Part shown: one piece after another, positions 50,615 through 63,809 of the stretch | Position numbering within the stretch: position 1 is the first letter of the stretch | How the letters are laid out: each line of letters begins with the position of its first letter | NCBI RefSeq assembly: GCF_001194135.2 | Contig: NC_068998.1 | Location: forward strand, 17,559,061 to 17,623,060 | DNA: 64,000 nucleotides | Origin: Octopus bimaculoides | Taxonomy: Eukaryota | Direction of reading: 5' to 3' | The notes under the pieces: model-generated | Told to the model about the DNA's origin: nothing | The model's database searches: none | The model's input: only the letters and a program-made list of their open reading frames with translations | Translations under genes and position numbers: made by a program

Positions 50615-50798
50615 ATAATATATATATACATATGTATGCAATGGGCTTCTTTCAGTTTCTGTCTACTAAATTCACTCACAAGGCTTTGGTTGGCCTGAGG
50701 CTTTAGTAGAAGACACTTGCCCAAAGTGCCACACAGTAGGACTGAACCAGGAACATCTGGTTGGGAAGTAAGCTTCTTACCACACAGTCATGCCTGTG
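50615..50798 (-). mobile_element. SINE family A 5' half
   Basis: Reverse complement of the family head (gggcttctttcagtttctgtctac...cttaccacacagtcatgcc). Confidence 0.85.
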
Positions 50799-52352
50799 CC
50801 TATTGGACTACATTATTAAATGTATCCTTCTCTTTAGATAGTTAGTGTAATTTAAGGGTGATTTGACTACTATTTCAAAAACGTCAAAGGATCACAAAGG
50901 CCTTTCCTTGTCATGTGATATTACTGTGTTTAGCCCCAAGGCAGCCATAACTGAGAATACTTGTGATGAAAGATATAGGAAATAATCTGAAAGAATTCGG
51001 CTGCTATTTCTAACTTCATACAGACTGCCTTGTTGGAAACTTTTGTGGTGGTGCTTCTTGTTCTTTAGCTCCATATCAACCCTAATCAGAAGCAGACCTA
51101 TGATCAGAGGGTGTTTATAAAGAACCACATTATCCAGTGTCCTTTAAGACGGTCGGGAGTTATTTGAAGAAGACTTGGCTGTTATATCTAGCACTACAGT
51201 CAACCACATAGAGGCCTGTCTCATAGCATTACTGCATCATATTAACAAAAGTCTAAATAATTCTTTCGGACAATTGATTAAACTTTTTTTTCAATAAATT
51301 AAAATTCATCACATTTTTTAAAGCTTTGGTGATAATATTCATTGTGATAACATTCATTTTCTATTTTTTTTACAGAATTAAAATATTATGTAAATGCTGT
51401 TTACCTACATCTATTGTTCATGGTGCTCTTCATTTTTCATAGCAACATTGAATAGATTTTCACTAGTCACATCTGTTTCTCATAATATATTGTAAGTAAA
51501 GTGACAGCTGACCAATTCAACATGATGGGCTGTTGCCTGCATCGGTCGATTTCAGTCATTTTTTTTTTCTTGTTATGCAATGGAAATCAAAGAAAAAATT
51601 GAAAAAAAAGAGTTTTATTTCTAAAGTTATAATTTTAGAAAAAAATATAGAAAAACTATTGTTTCCCTTGTTTTATTAATCATACTCGGGATCAATGATA
51701 ATGTCCACTTTTCTATACTTGCATGGGTCAAACAGAATTTGTTGAGGCAGATTATCCACAACCAGAAGCCCTTTCTGTCTCCAGAGCTCGCCTGCTTCCA
51801 AGTTAGGTAATATTTCCCATGGCCAGACATGGTTTTTATGGAAGACTGGAAACAAAAAGTCACCACTTGCATAACAATGACACTTGCTTACAACTATCAT
51901 TCAATGTCATGACAATAATATTGTGTTCAACCCATGCCAGCATGGAAAACGGATGTTAAACGATGATGATGAGGAGGAGGCACAAACTCTCTCACGCACA
52001 CATATGCATACAATGAGCTTCTTTTACCTTCCATCAACTAAATCCACTAACAAGGCTTTCATTGACCCAAAGCTGTAGTAAAATACTCATGTCCAAGGTG
52101 CCACACATTAGAACTGAACCCAAAACTATGTGGTTGGGCAGCAGACATCTTAACCTCACAGTCCTGTCTGTATTTAACATTATAGAAAACATATTTTAAG
52201 CTTAAAGTTATAGTCAACTTTACGAGTTTGTTTTTAGAAGCGTTGAGATGTATTGTAAGATACAGAAATAAATTTATTTCTCAAACGCGTGATAATGCTA
52301 TAAATAGCGTGATCAGGATAAATTATCCATATATTGCAGAAAAATACGTTAC

Positions 52353-52424
52353 CGTCAGCCATGAGACTCGAACTCACATCTCTGTGATTACGCGTCAAGT
52401 GTTTTACCATTAAACTAAACTGCC
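52353..52424 (-). tRNA. tRNA-Thr(CGT)-like pseudogene or SINE head
   Basis: Minus strand GGCAGTT TA GTTT AATGGTA AAAC A CTTGA CG-CGT-AA TCACA GAGAT GTGAG TTCGAGT CTCAT GGCTGAC G. D- and T-arms pair, acceptor and anticodon stems are mismatched, and a T5 run lies ~10 nt downstream. Confidence 0.5.
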
Positions 52425-52554
52425 CAGCAACGAATTCTTTTGCAAATTTTAGAACTTATAAACGTAGCTTCATAAGATGATAATGTTAAAGTTATACTTA
52501 TATAAATCTGGAGAGCACCTAGATACCATTTATTATGCACTATTTTGTCTACAA

Positions 52555-52850
52555 CAGTGTTTCTCAACCATTTTTTGCCTATAGGTCCCACTTTGATACC
52601 TGTCATTTGGACCCTCCTAACCATTTGATGGTTAAAAAATCATATTATATTTTTATAATTAAATATTATCAGGAATTGCATTAAAAATTGTTAAAATATT
52701 TTGTGAATTGTATAAGTATAACCGATTTACTGCAGATGAATTTTAACAACAAAATTTTATAAGGACTATATGGACCTCTAAGGACTATATGGACCTCTAA
52801 GGACTATATGGACCCCTAAGGACTATATGGACCCTGATTGAGAGCCACTG
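52555..52850. mobile_element. hAT-type MITE with perfect 8-bp target-site duplication GTCTACAA
   Basis: Termini CAGTGTTTCTCAACC / TGATTGAGAGCCACTG; GTCTACAA at 52547-52554 and 52851-52858; internal ~19-bp unit ggactatatggacc(t/c)ctaa repeated about 4 times. Confidence 0.9.
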
Positions 52851-52923
52851 GTCTACAAGGTTGACAGTTCAATTATGAAGTGTCAGCTGGCCATCTGAAT
52901 TGCATCAATAGAAATTTAGCATA

Positions 52924-53309
52924 GCAGGCACAGAAGTGGCTGTGTGGTAAGTAGCTTGCTTACCAACCACATGGTTCCAGGTTCAGTCCCTCTGCATGGC
53001 ACCTTGGACAAGTGTCTTCTACTATAGCCTCAGGCCGACCATAGCCTTGTGAGTGGATTTGGTAGACGGAAACTGAAAGAAGCCCATCGGATATATGTAT
53101 ATATATATGTATGTGTGTGCTTGTCCCCACAACATCACTTGACAACCGATGCTGGTGTGTTTACGTCCCCGTAACTTAGCGGTTCGGCAAAACAGACCAA
53201 TAGAATAAGTACTAGGCTTCCAAAGAATAAGTCCTGGGTTCGATTTGCTCGACTAAAGGTGGTGCTCCAGCATGGCCACAGTCAAATGACTGAAGCAAGT
53301 AAAAGAGTA
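52924..53309 (+). mobile_element. SINE family A, full length, mostly CpG-intact
   Basis: Complete head, body and tail as in 11998-12376. Confidence 0.92.
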
Positions 53310-54029
53310 TATATGTTGTATATATATGAGCAATATACATTCATCATGTGAAGGCACATGGCTCAGTGGTTAGAGCATTGGGCTCACAGTCATGAGGTAG
53401 TGAGTTCAATTCCCAGACCAGGCTGTGTTGTGCTCTTGAACAAGATACTCTATTTCATGTTGCTCCAGTTCACTCAGCTGTAGAAATTAGTTGTAATGTC
53501 ACTGGTGCCAAGCTGTATTGACCATTGCCTTTCACTTGGATAACATCAGTGGCATGGAGAGGGGAGGCTGGTATGCATGGGTGACTGCTTGACTTCTATA
53601 AACAACCTTGTCCTGATTTGTACCTTGAAAGGGAACTTTCTACGTGCAATTCCATGATCATTCATGACCAAAGGGGATCTTTATACATTCATCATAGAGC
53701 TTTTTGCATGACTATATAAAAAAGAAAGTTAATCTACATCAAGGGGAGAAGTTGGCTCTTGATGAAAATTCATTTATTTCATACTGAGTATGTAGTATCA
53801 GCTGGTTGGCTGAATCAGATCCTGCTCTGACTGATAATATATTCATTTCACACACTACACATTAAGTATGCAATGTCAGCTAACCTTATGAACAATTTGC
53901 CTACAAAGCTGACCAATTATTTCACAGTTTCATTTTACATAACTTTTCACTGACTTGTACAGAATGAGACAACTGCATATGGCTTTTTGAGGGCTGGCAA
54001 TTTGCCATGGTCGATTGGGCATTCAGTCT

Positions 54030-54432
54030 GTTTTGGCATCAGTATGTTTTAGCACTGGCAACAACCACATGGTTTTGGGTTCCCTGCTGCATCGTTTTGG
54101 GTTCAGTCCCGCTGTGTGGTACCTTGGGCAAGTGATATCTACTATGGCCTTAGGCCGATTAATGCTTTGTGAGTAGAATTGGTAGACAGGAACTGAAAGA
54201 AGCCCATCGTATGTATATTTATGTGTATGTTTGTGTTCGAGTGCCACAACTGCATGACAACCGATGTTGGTGTGCTTATGTCCCCGTTATCTAGCGGTTC
54301 GACAAAGAGAATGATAGAATAAGCACCAGGATTTTTTTTTTAAATAGTACTGAGGTCGATTCAAAATTTCTTCAAGGAGATGCCCCAGCATAGCCGCAGT
54401 CTAATGACTGAAACAAGTAAAAGATTAAAAAT
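54030..54432 (+). mobile_element. SINE family A, degenerate full-length copy
   Basis: Head, (TG)n middle and tail are recognisable. Confidence 0.8.
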
Positions 54433-54559
54433 GAAGTAACAGACTCACAGAAATATACAAATAGACAGAGTGATGGAGACATTACAATATATCAGTTGAA
54501 TGCAATCGATGTTGACACTCATACACATAAAGAGAAATATATTCACACACAAGCCTGGT

Positions 54560-54990
54560 ACTTATTTTATCGGCTCTTTTGTCGAGCCGTTAAATTTCGG
54601 AGAACGTGAACATACCAACACCGATTGTCATGCGGTGGGACACACACACACACACATATATGTATATGCAGACAACGGGCTTCATATAGTATCTATTACA
54701 TCAATTCACAAGGCTTTTTGGTCGGCCCGGGCCTATAGCAGAAAATATTGCTCGAGGTACCACACAATGGGACTGAACTTGGAACCATGTGGTTGAGAAA
54801 CAAACTTTTTGTCACACAGCTATGACGGCACCCATACATACACACACATATATACACATACGACGGGTTTCATACAGTTTCTGTCTATTACATCAACTCA
54901 CAAGGCTTTAGTTGGGGCCCGGAGCTATAGTAGAAGACACATGTCCAAGATACCATTCAATGGGACTGAACTTGGAACCATGTGGTTGAG
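54560..54990 (-). mobile_element. Two tandem antisense SINE family A fragments
   Basis: Two reverse-complement heads ending gggactgaacttggaaccatgtggttgagaa (~54800 and ~54990). Confidence 0.75.
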
Positions 54991-55299
54991 AAGCACTATC
55001 AACCCATCAGCTTTTGGATCCGACTGGCTACAACAGATACCATCAGCATGTGTGTGCATGTGTGCTTTAAGTGTGAGTGTGTTTTAAGTGTGCAAGGGGT
55101 GAATTGCGTATAAAACCTGCTGACCCTTGAACTAACTTATCCCATAGTACTTTCTCTATCTCAATCTTTCACCTTTTCATCTCAATTCCATTATTACATC
55201 GGTTGGAATAACACAATTTTTTGCTACACATTTGCTACATATTTGCTACACATTAGATAATTAATTTCCCTGTTGTTGTATCTACCTTCAATTTAAGAT

Positions 55300-56935
55300 G
55301 TCATGAAAGAAGCTATCAAGTAGACCTGAAGGCAGTAGTGCAAAAAGGAACCGTAATGACATAACATTGGATATTAAACTTGAATGCAGGAGAAAAACTA
55401 GGTTATATTGCCAAAACATTAAATCTTGTGACGTCTACAGTAGGAACAATGTGTAACAAAGAGGAAATTATGTCGAGTGCTCAAGAAGCCACTCCGTTTA
55501 TTGACCAGACCTTATTTTTCCTTAGATCTAATCTAATGCTTGAAGACTCTTGAATGCATCTGAATCGGCGTAGTATGCCGATAAACACGATAGTAATTTT
55601 AAAAAAAGTTTATATGACGATTTGCGGAAAAAGGAAGGTGAAACTTATGAAAAACCCTTTTTGACTATTAAAAGCTAGATTGAAAGGTTTAAGGAGCGTA
55701 TGAATTTGCACAACATGAAAGTGACTGATGAAACTGCACGCGCTGATACAGAGGCTGCTACTAATTATTCTGAGTAGTAAAAGAAAATCATTGCTGAAGG
55801 GGGTTACACGTGGGAGCAAGTAAACATTGATGAAACTATACTTTTGTTTCTCGAGAAGAAAAATCAACACCAGGATTTTAAAGCTTCCAAACATCGTCTG
55901 ACACTTCTTGTGGAAAGAAATGCCACTAGTGATATGAAATTAGAATCCCTACTCGTGTACCCCTCCAAAAACATATGGGCTTTCAGGGGTTACACAAAGT
56001 TTAATCGACCTCCAATTTGGCGTTCAAATAAGAAGGCATGGACGACTAAGAGCCTTTTCAAAGAGTGGTCGACAAACATTTTTCATACTGTCGTAGAAAG
56101 ATACAGTGCCAGACATGATATTTTCAACAAAGCATTCCTTCATTCAGACAATGCACCGTGACACCCAGCGAAATTTGACGACCTTTCTGATAATGTGCGA
56201 GTAGAATTTATCCCCAATACAACTTCGTCGCTCCAGCCAATTTATCAAGGTGTGATTGCTAACTTCAAGTGATCATATGAGAAAAACATTCAAACAACTT
56301 ATGAAAGCAATCGACCGAGAGAATAAACCTACTGTTAGATGTTTCTGGAAGAAATTCAGCATAATGAGTGCAGTGAATAATAAAGCTGAGTCATAGAATG
56401 AAGCGAAACCTCAACTTTAAACAGTGCTTGGAAAAATATATGACCAAACTGTCTCCATGAAATTATAAGTTTTCCACAAGGAAAAAATCTCCATCAAATT
56501 CGGAAATATATTGTGACACTTGCAAAGGATCTAGGATTTAAAGATATCATAGAGGATGATGTGACCGAGTTACTAGTGTCTCAGAGAGAAAGTTTATCTA
56601 GCGATAAGCTGATGCTGTTAGAAAAAGAACAAGCTGAGAATACAGATGGTACCACGGGAATTCCATCTACACCACTTAATTGACTACTAAAATTATTGCT
56701 TCAGAGCTGGCATTTATAGAGAAATGTCTGCAAGTTTTTGCTGATAATAATCTTAATCGCGAACGTAACATAAAAATTACAAGAAGAGTTTACAATGAGC
56801 TCAGTTCCTACGCTGAGCTGTACAAAGAGATGATGCGTCGTAAACAACAAACAATTTTGAATAAGCTCTTCATCCATCAAGCTGATATTCATGATAATGA
56901 GCAATTAGGTAGTAAATATTTGTCCCGCAAACTCC
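55300..56935 (+). pseudogene. pogo/Tigger-family transposase pseudogene
   Basis: psq-HTH-like RNDITLDIKL..TLNLVTSTVGT, then NIDET, FKASKHRLTLLV..WRSNKKAW..LHSDNAP, and LQPIYQGVIANFK (third Asp replaced by Tyr). Multiple frameshifts. Confidence 0.92.
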
Positions 56936-57499
56936 TAGTAACGCTCATTTCACCACCATCCACCACACAATAGTTAGCATCTTTTGTAGTAAGAACATAT
57001 TCTGTGGATATTACGAAGCATATTAATTCCCTTACGTATTCCTTTAGAAAGGGTTTTGCTTTTTAATGTCTCTATATTGCACTGTATCTGTCAAGAAATA
57101 GTCATCTGTTTAGAAATAGTTATACATGTGATCGTGTTGCTTGTTCTCTGTTTTCTTGTGCTTGTCTTTTTTGAAAAAATCCGTAGGAACGCCATTTTAC
57201 TTCATAAAATGAAAATCAATAGAAAATTAATTTCACATTACGTTATTTCGCGTTGATGAGAGGAAGAAGAAGAAGAAGAAGAAGAAGAAGGGTTTCTTTA
57301 TTGACCACCAAGATCTAACTCTAACCCAAAACAATAATAATCCTCTGTGAGTGACAGATGAGTGACAACTGATGGAAAATAACGAGGACAAATTATTAAG
57401 AAGTTTGGGGTGGGGATATAGGATTGAGTATGAGAAAATTGATATGAAAAAAACCGTAGCATAAACATAAAAGAAGTGAAAGAAAAACGTTTCCTGATA

Positions 57500-58123
57500 T
57501 GGGAACAACCATCAGGAATCAAAACAGATCCTGGATTACGCTTACCATGTGCCCCTCTCTCAGTTGTGTTATGCAACGTACAGACGCATGCTAAGACTCG
57601 GGATAGGAAACACTCGCTCTTCATACCTCGCCAACACATTTTCTGCCCTCACATTCACATAGAGAAATTGATAGGGACTCGGCCAATAAGTAAAGTATAT
57701 GTTCTCAGTCCTCCCAATAACGCTCACTACACTATCTATTCACTATAGCCAGTAGGCAGAGGAAAGCTGCCTGTGTCCCGGCCAAAGTAAAGTAATAAAG
57801 GTATTTTTTTACAATGCATTTAGCTAATGACCGAATCCCTCCTTCATACAACAACGGTTGTACGGCATCTTTCCGCAAATCAGAAAAGCTCAGACACTAC
57901 ACAAACGCTTACAAGGCGGTTTCGTCGCCCTGCATACATTTTAGACAGTTTTAGTTGGCGGTACTTTGTTTGTAAAATTTATCCAGAGCAGACAATTCAG
58001 TGGTGTATTCACAATTGCAGAGCAGGGGCCATTTTATCAGACAAAGTGTATACGAACCGATAAGCATATAAACGCGCGCGCGCCCACACACACAGCACCA
58101 CATCACACCGCACCATACACGCA

Positions 58124-58150
<27 letters not shown>
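57500..58150 (-). promoter_or_regulatory. CpG-rich promoter-like segment with minus-strand donor sites
   Basis: CpG-rich non-repeat sequence with CCAAT near 57682 and a GCGCGC/(CA)n tract. Minus-strand donors CCTT|gtaagc (57913) and CATG|gtaagc (57546). Confidence 0.3.
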
Positions 58151-58161
<11 letters not shown>

Positions 58162-59662
58162 ACACACCACCACACCACACACACATTTATTGTTTTCTGA
58201 GTATACAAATAATATATGTGTACTTTTCATTTCATTTTCTTCACAAATATCCGGCATATTTAATCAGAATAATGGTTTTATTTGTCTGGAAAATGTGATG
58301 TACCATTGACCATTTTCAATAAGTGATTTTCACGCATAATTTACAGGTCAATGGAACTGGATTAGTTAATATCTACATCACATGTAGGCTAAACATTCCC
58401 TTGCTAAATAACAATTGGCATAGAACCATTGAAACTATTTTCATTTCTTTTCACATTTGAGGCAAGTACAAAAGGCTTTCACCAATGTACAGCACGCTTT
58501 GTACGAATACAACACTCCTTTCATATTAACACAAAAGGATTTTCAGCATATATGCACGAACACCCTGTAAACATGCATTCAAACTAACCAACTACTAAAA
58601 TGCATGTACCACGTAAACATTCCTCAAAAGAAAACTCTAGAAGCAATACCAAAAAAATTAAAAAATTAAAAAATAGATGCACACATATCTATAAATTTAA
58701 AATATAAATGGAGTTCTGAGTTATAAATGAAATTATGGATGTCTTATACATCAAAATTATTGAAGACAATTGAATATTCCTGGCTCAGTTTCACTGTTTA
58801 AAGATGTGGGCAAGGTAACGAGTTATTTATTGTGCTTGCCAATCCCCCAAAGTTATACCTATCAGCATATCCAATAGTACTCCCATATAAGAAAAATACT
58901 TTTCAGAGTATTTCAGAATTCATTGTATCTTTCACTTTCTTAGTGAAGGCGAGTAGCCTTGTGGTTAGGGTTTGCACTCCATGTCCGCAAGATTTGATTT
59001 CGATTCCCGGACATGACCAAAAAACACAAGAGCAAAAAACACTTTATTTCACGTTGCTCCAATCGACAGCAGTAAATGAGTAACCCTGCCATAAGATGAC
59101 ATCATTTGCTCCCCGCGTTCAGTAAGAAATGATGTCACCTCGGTAGCTTTTCCGTCAGGGAAAACGAGTAATCGATCCTACTAGCATGAGAATATGAGAC
59201 AGCAATTTGCAGGAGTTGTTGTTGATGATTCGCTTTCCTGTATAACAACACAGAACTATATGTTCAGGTTTAACTCCAAAACTATCGTAACTCCATAATA
59301 GGTTTAAATATCTGTGGTAGTTAGTGGCTTCTATAATTTTCGATGTTATTTCAATATTAATGATGTATCAGGGGAAAGTTATGATTTCTGCTCGAAAGTA
59401 GTGTTTGAATGAATATGAGATTTTACACAAGTCTGAAAAATAAAATGTTTTTTTATTTGTAAATATAATAACTGCAACGTCTATATCAGGCAAGGACAAC
59501 GTTTTTCGAAATGCAGGTTGCATGAAACATGGTTCATTATCAGGCGGGCCACTCTACAAGGTAGTTTTTCGTTAGGCGTCCCGTTCAGATAGTTAAGCGG
59601 GCCGCAGTTTTCTCATGATTGGTCTATATATTTGCAAGTCAATCAAAATTTCAGAAAATAAA

Positions 59663-60066
59663 GCGCCGGCGTGGCTCTGTGGTAAGAAGCATGCGTTCTC
59701 ACCATATGGTTCGGAGTTCAGTCCCACTGCGTGGAACCTTGGGCAAGTGTTTTCTATCATAGCCTCGGGCCGACCAAAGCCTTGTGGGTGGATTTGGTAG
59801 ACGGAAACTGAAAGAAGCCTATCGTATGTGTGTGAGTGTGTGTGTGTGTGTGTGTATGTGTGTGCGTTTGTTCCCCCACCATCGCTTGACAACCGATGCT
59901 GGTGTGTTTACGTCCCCGTAACTTAGCAGTTCGGCAAATGAGACCGATAGAATAGTTAACAGGCTTTATAAAAGCTTACTGGGGTCGATTCGTTCGACTA
60001 AAATTCTTCAAGGTGGGACCCCATCATGGCCGCAAACAAATGACTGAAACAAGTAAAAGAATAAAC
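59663..60066 (+). mobile_element. SINE family A, full length, CpG-intact
   Basis: cccactgcgtgg..gcctcgggccgacc..agacggaaac..tacgtccccgtaac. Confidence 0.92.
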
Positions 60067-60069
60067 GAA

Positions 60070-60455
60070 TAAATAAGAACTGTGACAGTAATTTTGGTTA
60101 CTGCTCCATTAACCGAAATACCTGGGAGACAATCGCCAACGATCACGCAGAGTGGCAGCAGGTCATTGTCAAGGAAACTGACCAGATGGAAAATAACAGA
60201 TGTCAAGAGGCAGAGATCAGACGTCGAAGGCGCAAAGAGCGACTCGCATTTCCTCGACACCCACCAACCCTCCCATGCGATAAACGCCCCCGGCTCTTTT
60301 ATACAGTCCTTGACCTGAATAACTACTTCAGGGACCGGCACCCTTCGCACCCATCAGGATGTAGAAGCTCAATCACTCACTGCAGATTAACTACTCGGAT
60401 ACGACGATGACGATGATGATGACTACGGTGATGACGACGATGATGACGACGATCT
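60070..60455 (+). mobile_element. 3' end of an RTE-clade LINE with (GAT/GAC)n tail
   Basis: NTWETIANDHAEWQQVI..ENNRCQEAEIRRRRRKER resembles the RTE ORF C-terminus (WExLAxDRxxWR..E..R...R.RRK.R) and is followed by a trinucleotide tail. Confidence 0.7.
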
Positions 60456-61592
60456 ATCTTGGCACATTTACAGCATGTCATTCCAACGGATATTCTAAAA
60501 ACCATCTTTGACACCTAAAAATAACAGGAAAAATGTTTTAATCTACATACGTTGATAGGCAAAGATGCAATTTTTATCACAGCAGTTAGGTATAAGTTGG
60601 TAGTCTAGAATTCATGCTGCGTTTTTTCTTCGTCGGGGGTCACCATTTTAGTTGAAAGTGGGTTATTGCAGCTCAGCGTGCTGCGTGATCGAATCACGTC
60701 GGGGGTCACCAGTATAGTAGAAAGTGGGTTATACATCTTTAGATTGTATACCTGACTTTCCTACTATAATATTAAGGAATATAAACGGAACGCTGAACTC
60801 CAGACTATCAACTTAAACAACATTTATTCAGGTGGTAAATATATACATCTTTAGTTCTTGTTGTTACAGCTTCTGTTGTTGGGACGTTGTTATGTAGGTG
60901 TGAGCGAGCTGTCGAGCGTAAGTCCTAAAGATGTAGAGAGACAGCTTAACACGTAAAGAGGCTGTCTCCAGAGTTCGAATGTTAGAGACACTCTTGACAC
61001 GTCCATTGCTCTATGCTGGCCNNNNNNNNNNNNNNNNNNNNNNNNNNNNNNNNNNNNNNNNNNNNNNNNNNNNNNNNNNNNNNNNNNNNNNNNNNNNNNN
61101 NNNNNNNNNNNNNNNNNNNNNNNNNNNNNNNNNNNNNNNNNNNNNNNNNNNNNNNNNNNNNNNNNNNNNNNNNNNNNNNNNNNNNNNNNNNNNNNNNNNN
61201 NNNNNNNNNNNNNNNNNNNNNNNNNNNNNNNNNNNNNNNNNNNNNNNNNNNNNNNNNNNNNNNNNNNNNNNNNNNNNNNNNNNNNNNNNNNNNNNNNNNN
61301 NNNNNNNNNNNNNNNNNNNNNNNNNNNNNNNNNNNNNNNNNNNNNNNNNNNNNNNNNNNNNNNNNNNNNNNNNNNNNNNNNNNNNNNNNNNNNNNNNNNN
61401 NNNNNNNNNNNNNNNNNNNNNNNNNNNNNNNNNNNNNNNNNNNNNNNNNNNNNNNNNNNNNNNNNNNNNNNNNNNNNNNNNNNNNNNNNNNNNNNNNNNN
61501 NNNNNNNNNNNNNNNNNNNNNNNNNNNNNNNNNNNNNNNNNNNNNNNNNNNNNNNNNNNNNNNNNNNNNNNNNNNNNNNNNNNNNNNNNNNN

Positions 61593-61614
61593 TATATATA
61601 TATGTATGTGTGTG

Positions 61615-61660
<46 letters not shown>

Positions 61661-61870
61661 TGTGTCTGTGTTTGTTCCCCCACCATCGCTTGACAACCGA
61701 TGCTGGTGTGTTTACGTCCCCGTAACTTAGCGGTTCGGCAAAAAAAGACCGATAGAATAAGTACTAGGCTTACGAAGAATAATTCCTGGGGTCGATTTTC
61801 TCGACTAAAGGCGGTGCTCCAGCATGGCCGCAGTCAAATGACTGAAACAAGTAAAAGAGTAAAAGAGTAA
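61593..61870 (+). mobile_element. SINE family A 3' half following a gap
   Basis: tgttcccccaccatcgcttgacaaccgatg...gactgaaacaagtaaaagagtaaaagagta. Confidence 0.9.
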
Positions 61871-63809
61871 GTGCTTCACAGAGCTCGATATAATTAACAA
61901 GACTCCTCCCCGCAAATTTCAGGTTTTGTGCCTATAGTAGAAAGAATTATACTGAAATCGATTAAAGTGGTCATTTGGCAGATTCATTAGCACATCGGAC
62001 TCAATGCTTAATGGTATTTCATCCATCATTACGTCCTGCGTTCAAAATTCATCCTTTCGGAGTCCGTGTAATCGAGTAACACCCTTTCCCAAAATTTCAG
62101 ATCTTGTATTTGCAGAAGAAAGCTAATTATACCACTTTCTTCAGAATGAACTAAAAAAAAAAATCGGTATTATCACCATCTTTTTCGACTCCAACTTGCG
62201 TCTGTCCATAGGAGAGTNNNNNNNNNNNNNNNNNNNNNNNNNNNNNNNNNNNNNNNNNNNNNNNNNNNNNNNNNNNNNNNNNNNNNNNNNNNNNNNNNNN
62301 NNNNNNNNNNNNNNNNNGCGGGAACGCTTGGTTGTTTAATTCTACGCATGCGCACAGCGTTACTACATAGGTATACATATTCTCAGCTCTCGATTGGGGT
62401 GAGCAGGTAAGGTTGTGCGGTTAAGGAGATCGCTTTGGTTTCAGGTTCAAATCCCCTGCGCGGCACTTTGAGCAAAGCCGTATATAATTGCTTCTTTATT
62501 TAATTTAATTTCGTTTATTTATTTAATGCCCTAGTTGCGTAGTTAGTGTGTAAAAGAGTAGTCCGTTCCCGGCAACGTTTTTATGAATTTTTATAAGCTT
62601 AGCGGGTGAGGAAAATTCAAGGGTAGCCCGGGCCGCTATAACGCTCCTATCTTTGAATTGTTGCCATATTTGAAGCAACTACGCCCCCTATTTTGAGAAT
62701 TGTATAGTTAGTCATGGCTGTTACTTAACATTTGATGAACCCAGCAAACAAGCGGTAAGAGAGGGTTACTTTGCCAAGAATACTATGACTCGTCATTCAT
62801 TGTATTCATGACAAAAGCACACTCAATTTTTATGTCCAGTAGACAACAATCTCAAGAATATAGCTTTACTCATCACTTCGGCATGATCCTCCTACAGACG
62901 ATGATGTAGAGGAGAATCATACTGGTAGGGATGATGCGAGTCTATTTATAATATCTTTAATTTCTGAAAATGGACATCGACCACATATATAAAAAGCAGG
63001 GTATTTTTCATGAATAACAGTAACAAATTACCACTTTATGCACACAATAGGGTCGACGGGCAATATAACATCCACAAACACGGAATTGACGACATCTAAG
63101 CTCAAAGTATTACATTTTACGATTTCGACAACTTCCTTCAATTTTAGAAGTAGTTCCAGATTTTGCTCTCCAATATTTCGTTTCCGGAAGTGACTTCTGT
63201 TTACATTCAGGTGTAGCAAAGACGGAAAAACAGAATGATGAAGTTGGAAAATCCAACAGTGTCAACAAGTGCAAAAATAAAATAAAAGTGGAACCATCCA
63301 GCACTTTATTGAAACCAGTCATCAACAGGCTTTGAGTTCAAATTCCTCCGAAGTCGACTTTGCATTTCATCCTTTTGGTGGTGGACAATAAAATAAGCAG
63401 CAGTTGAACACTGGAATTGATGCAATCGACTTAATCTCCCCTTTAAATATTTGCTGGCCTTGTGCTAAACTTTGAAACTATTATATATTTTCCCCAATCT
63501 AGGTTGAGTTAAAATCCCATCAAAGTTAAATTGACCCTCATCATTGTAATTTCTTCTCGTATTCTGATCGTCTTCTTGTAAATATCATAGTTGGCGGTCA
63601 CTCCAATTGATGATGCTTGATTGGCATTTCATGATGGAAGAAGTGCCTCTGTCATACTGAGATCGATTTAGGCGGTAAGCTTTTAGAATCGTTAGCTCAC
63701 CGAACAAAATGCCTAACAGCATTTCGTCCATTTCTACGTTCTGCGTTCAAATACTACCGAGGTCGACTTTGCCTTTCATTTTTAGGAGGGACGATGAAAA
63801 AAAGATGTA

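Noticed and set aside
53963-54041. Exon-like + strand segment NETTAYGFLRAGNLPWSIGHSVCFGI
   Set aside because: Its donor lies in a degenerate SINE head, no partner exons were found, and there is no recognisable homology.
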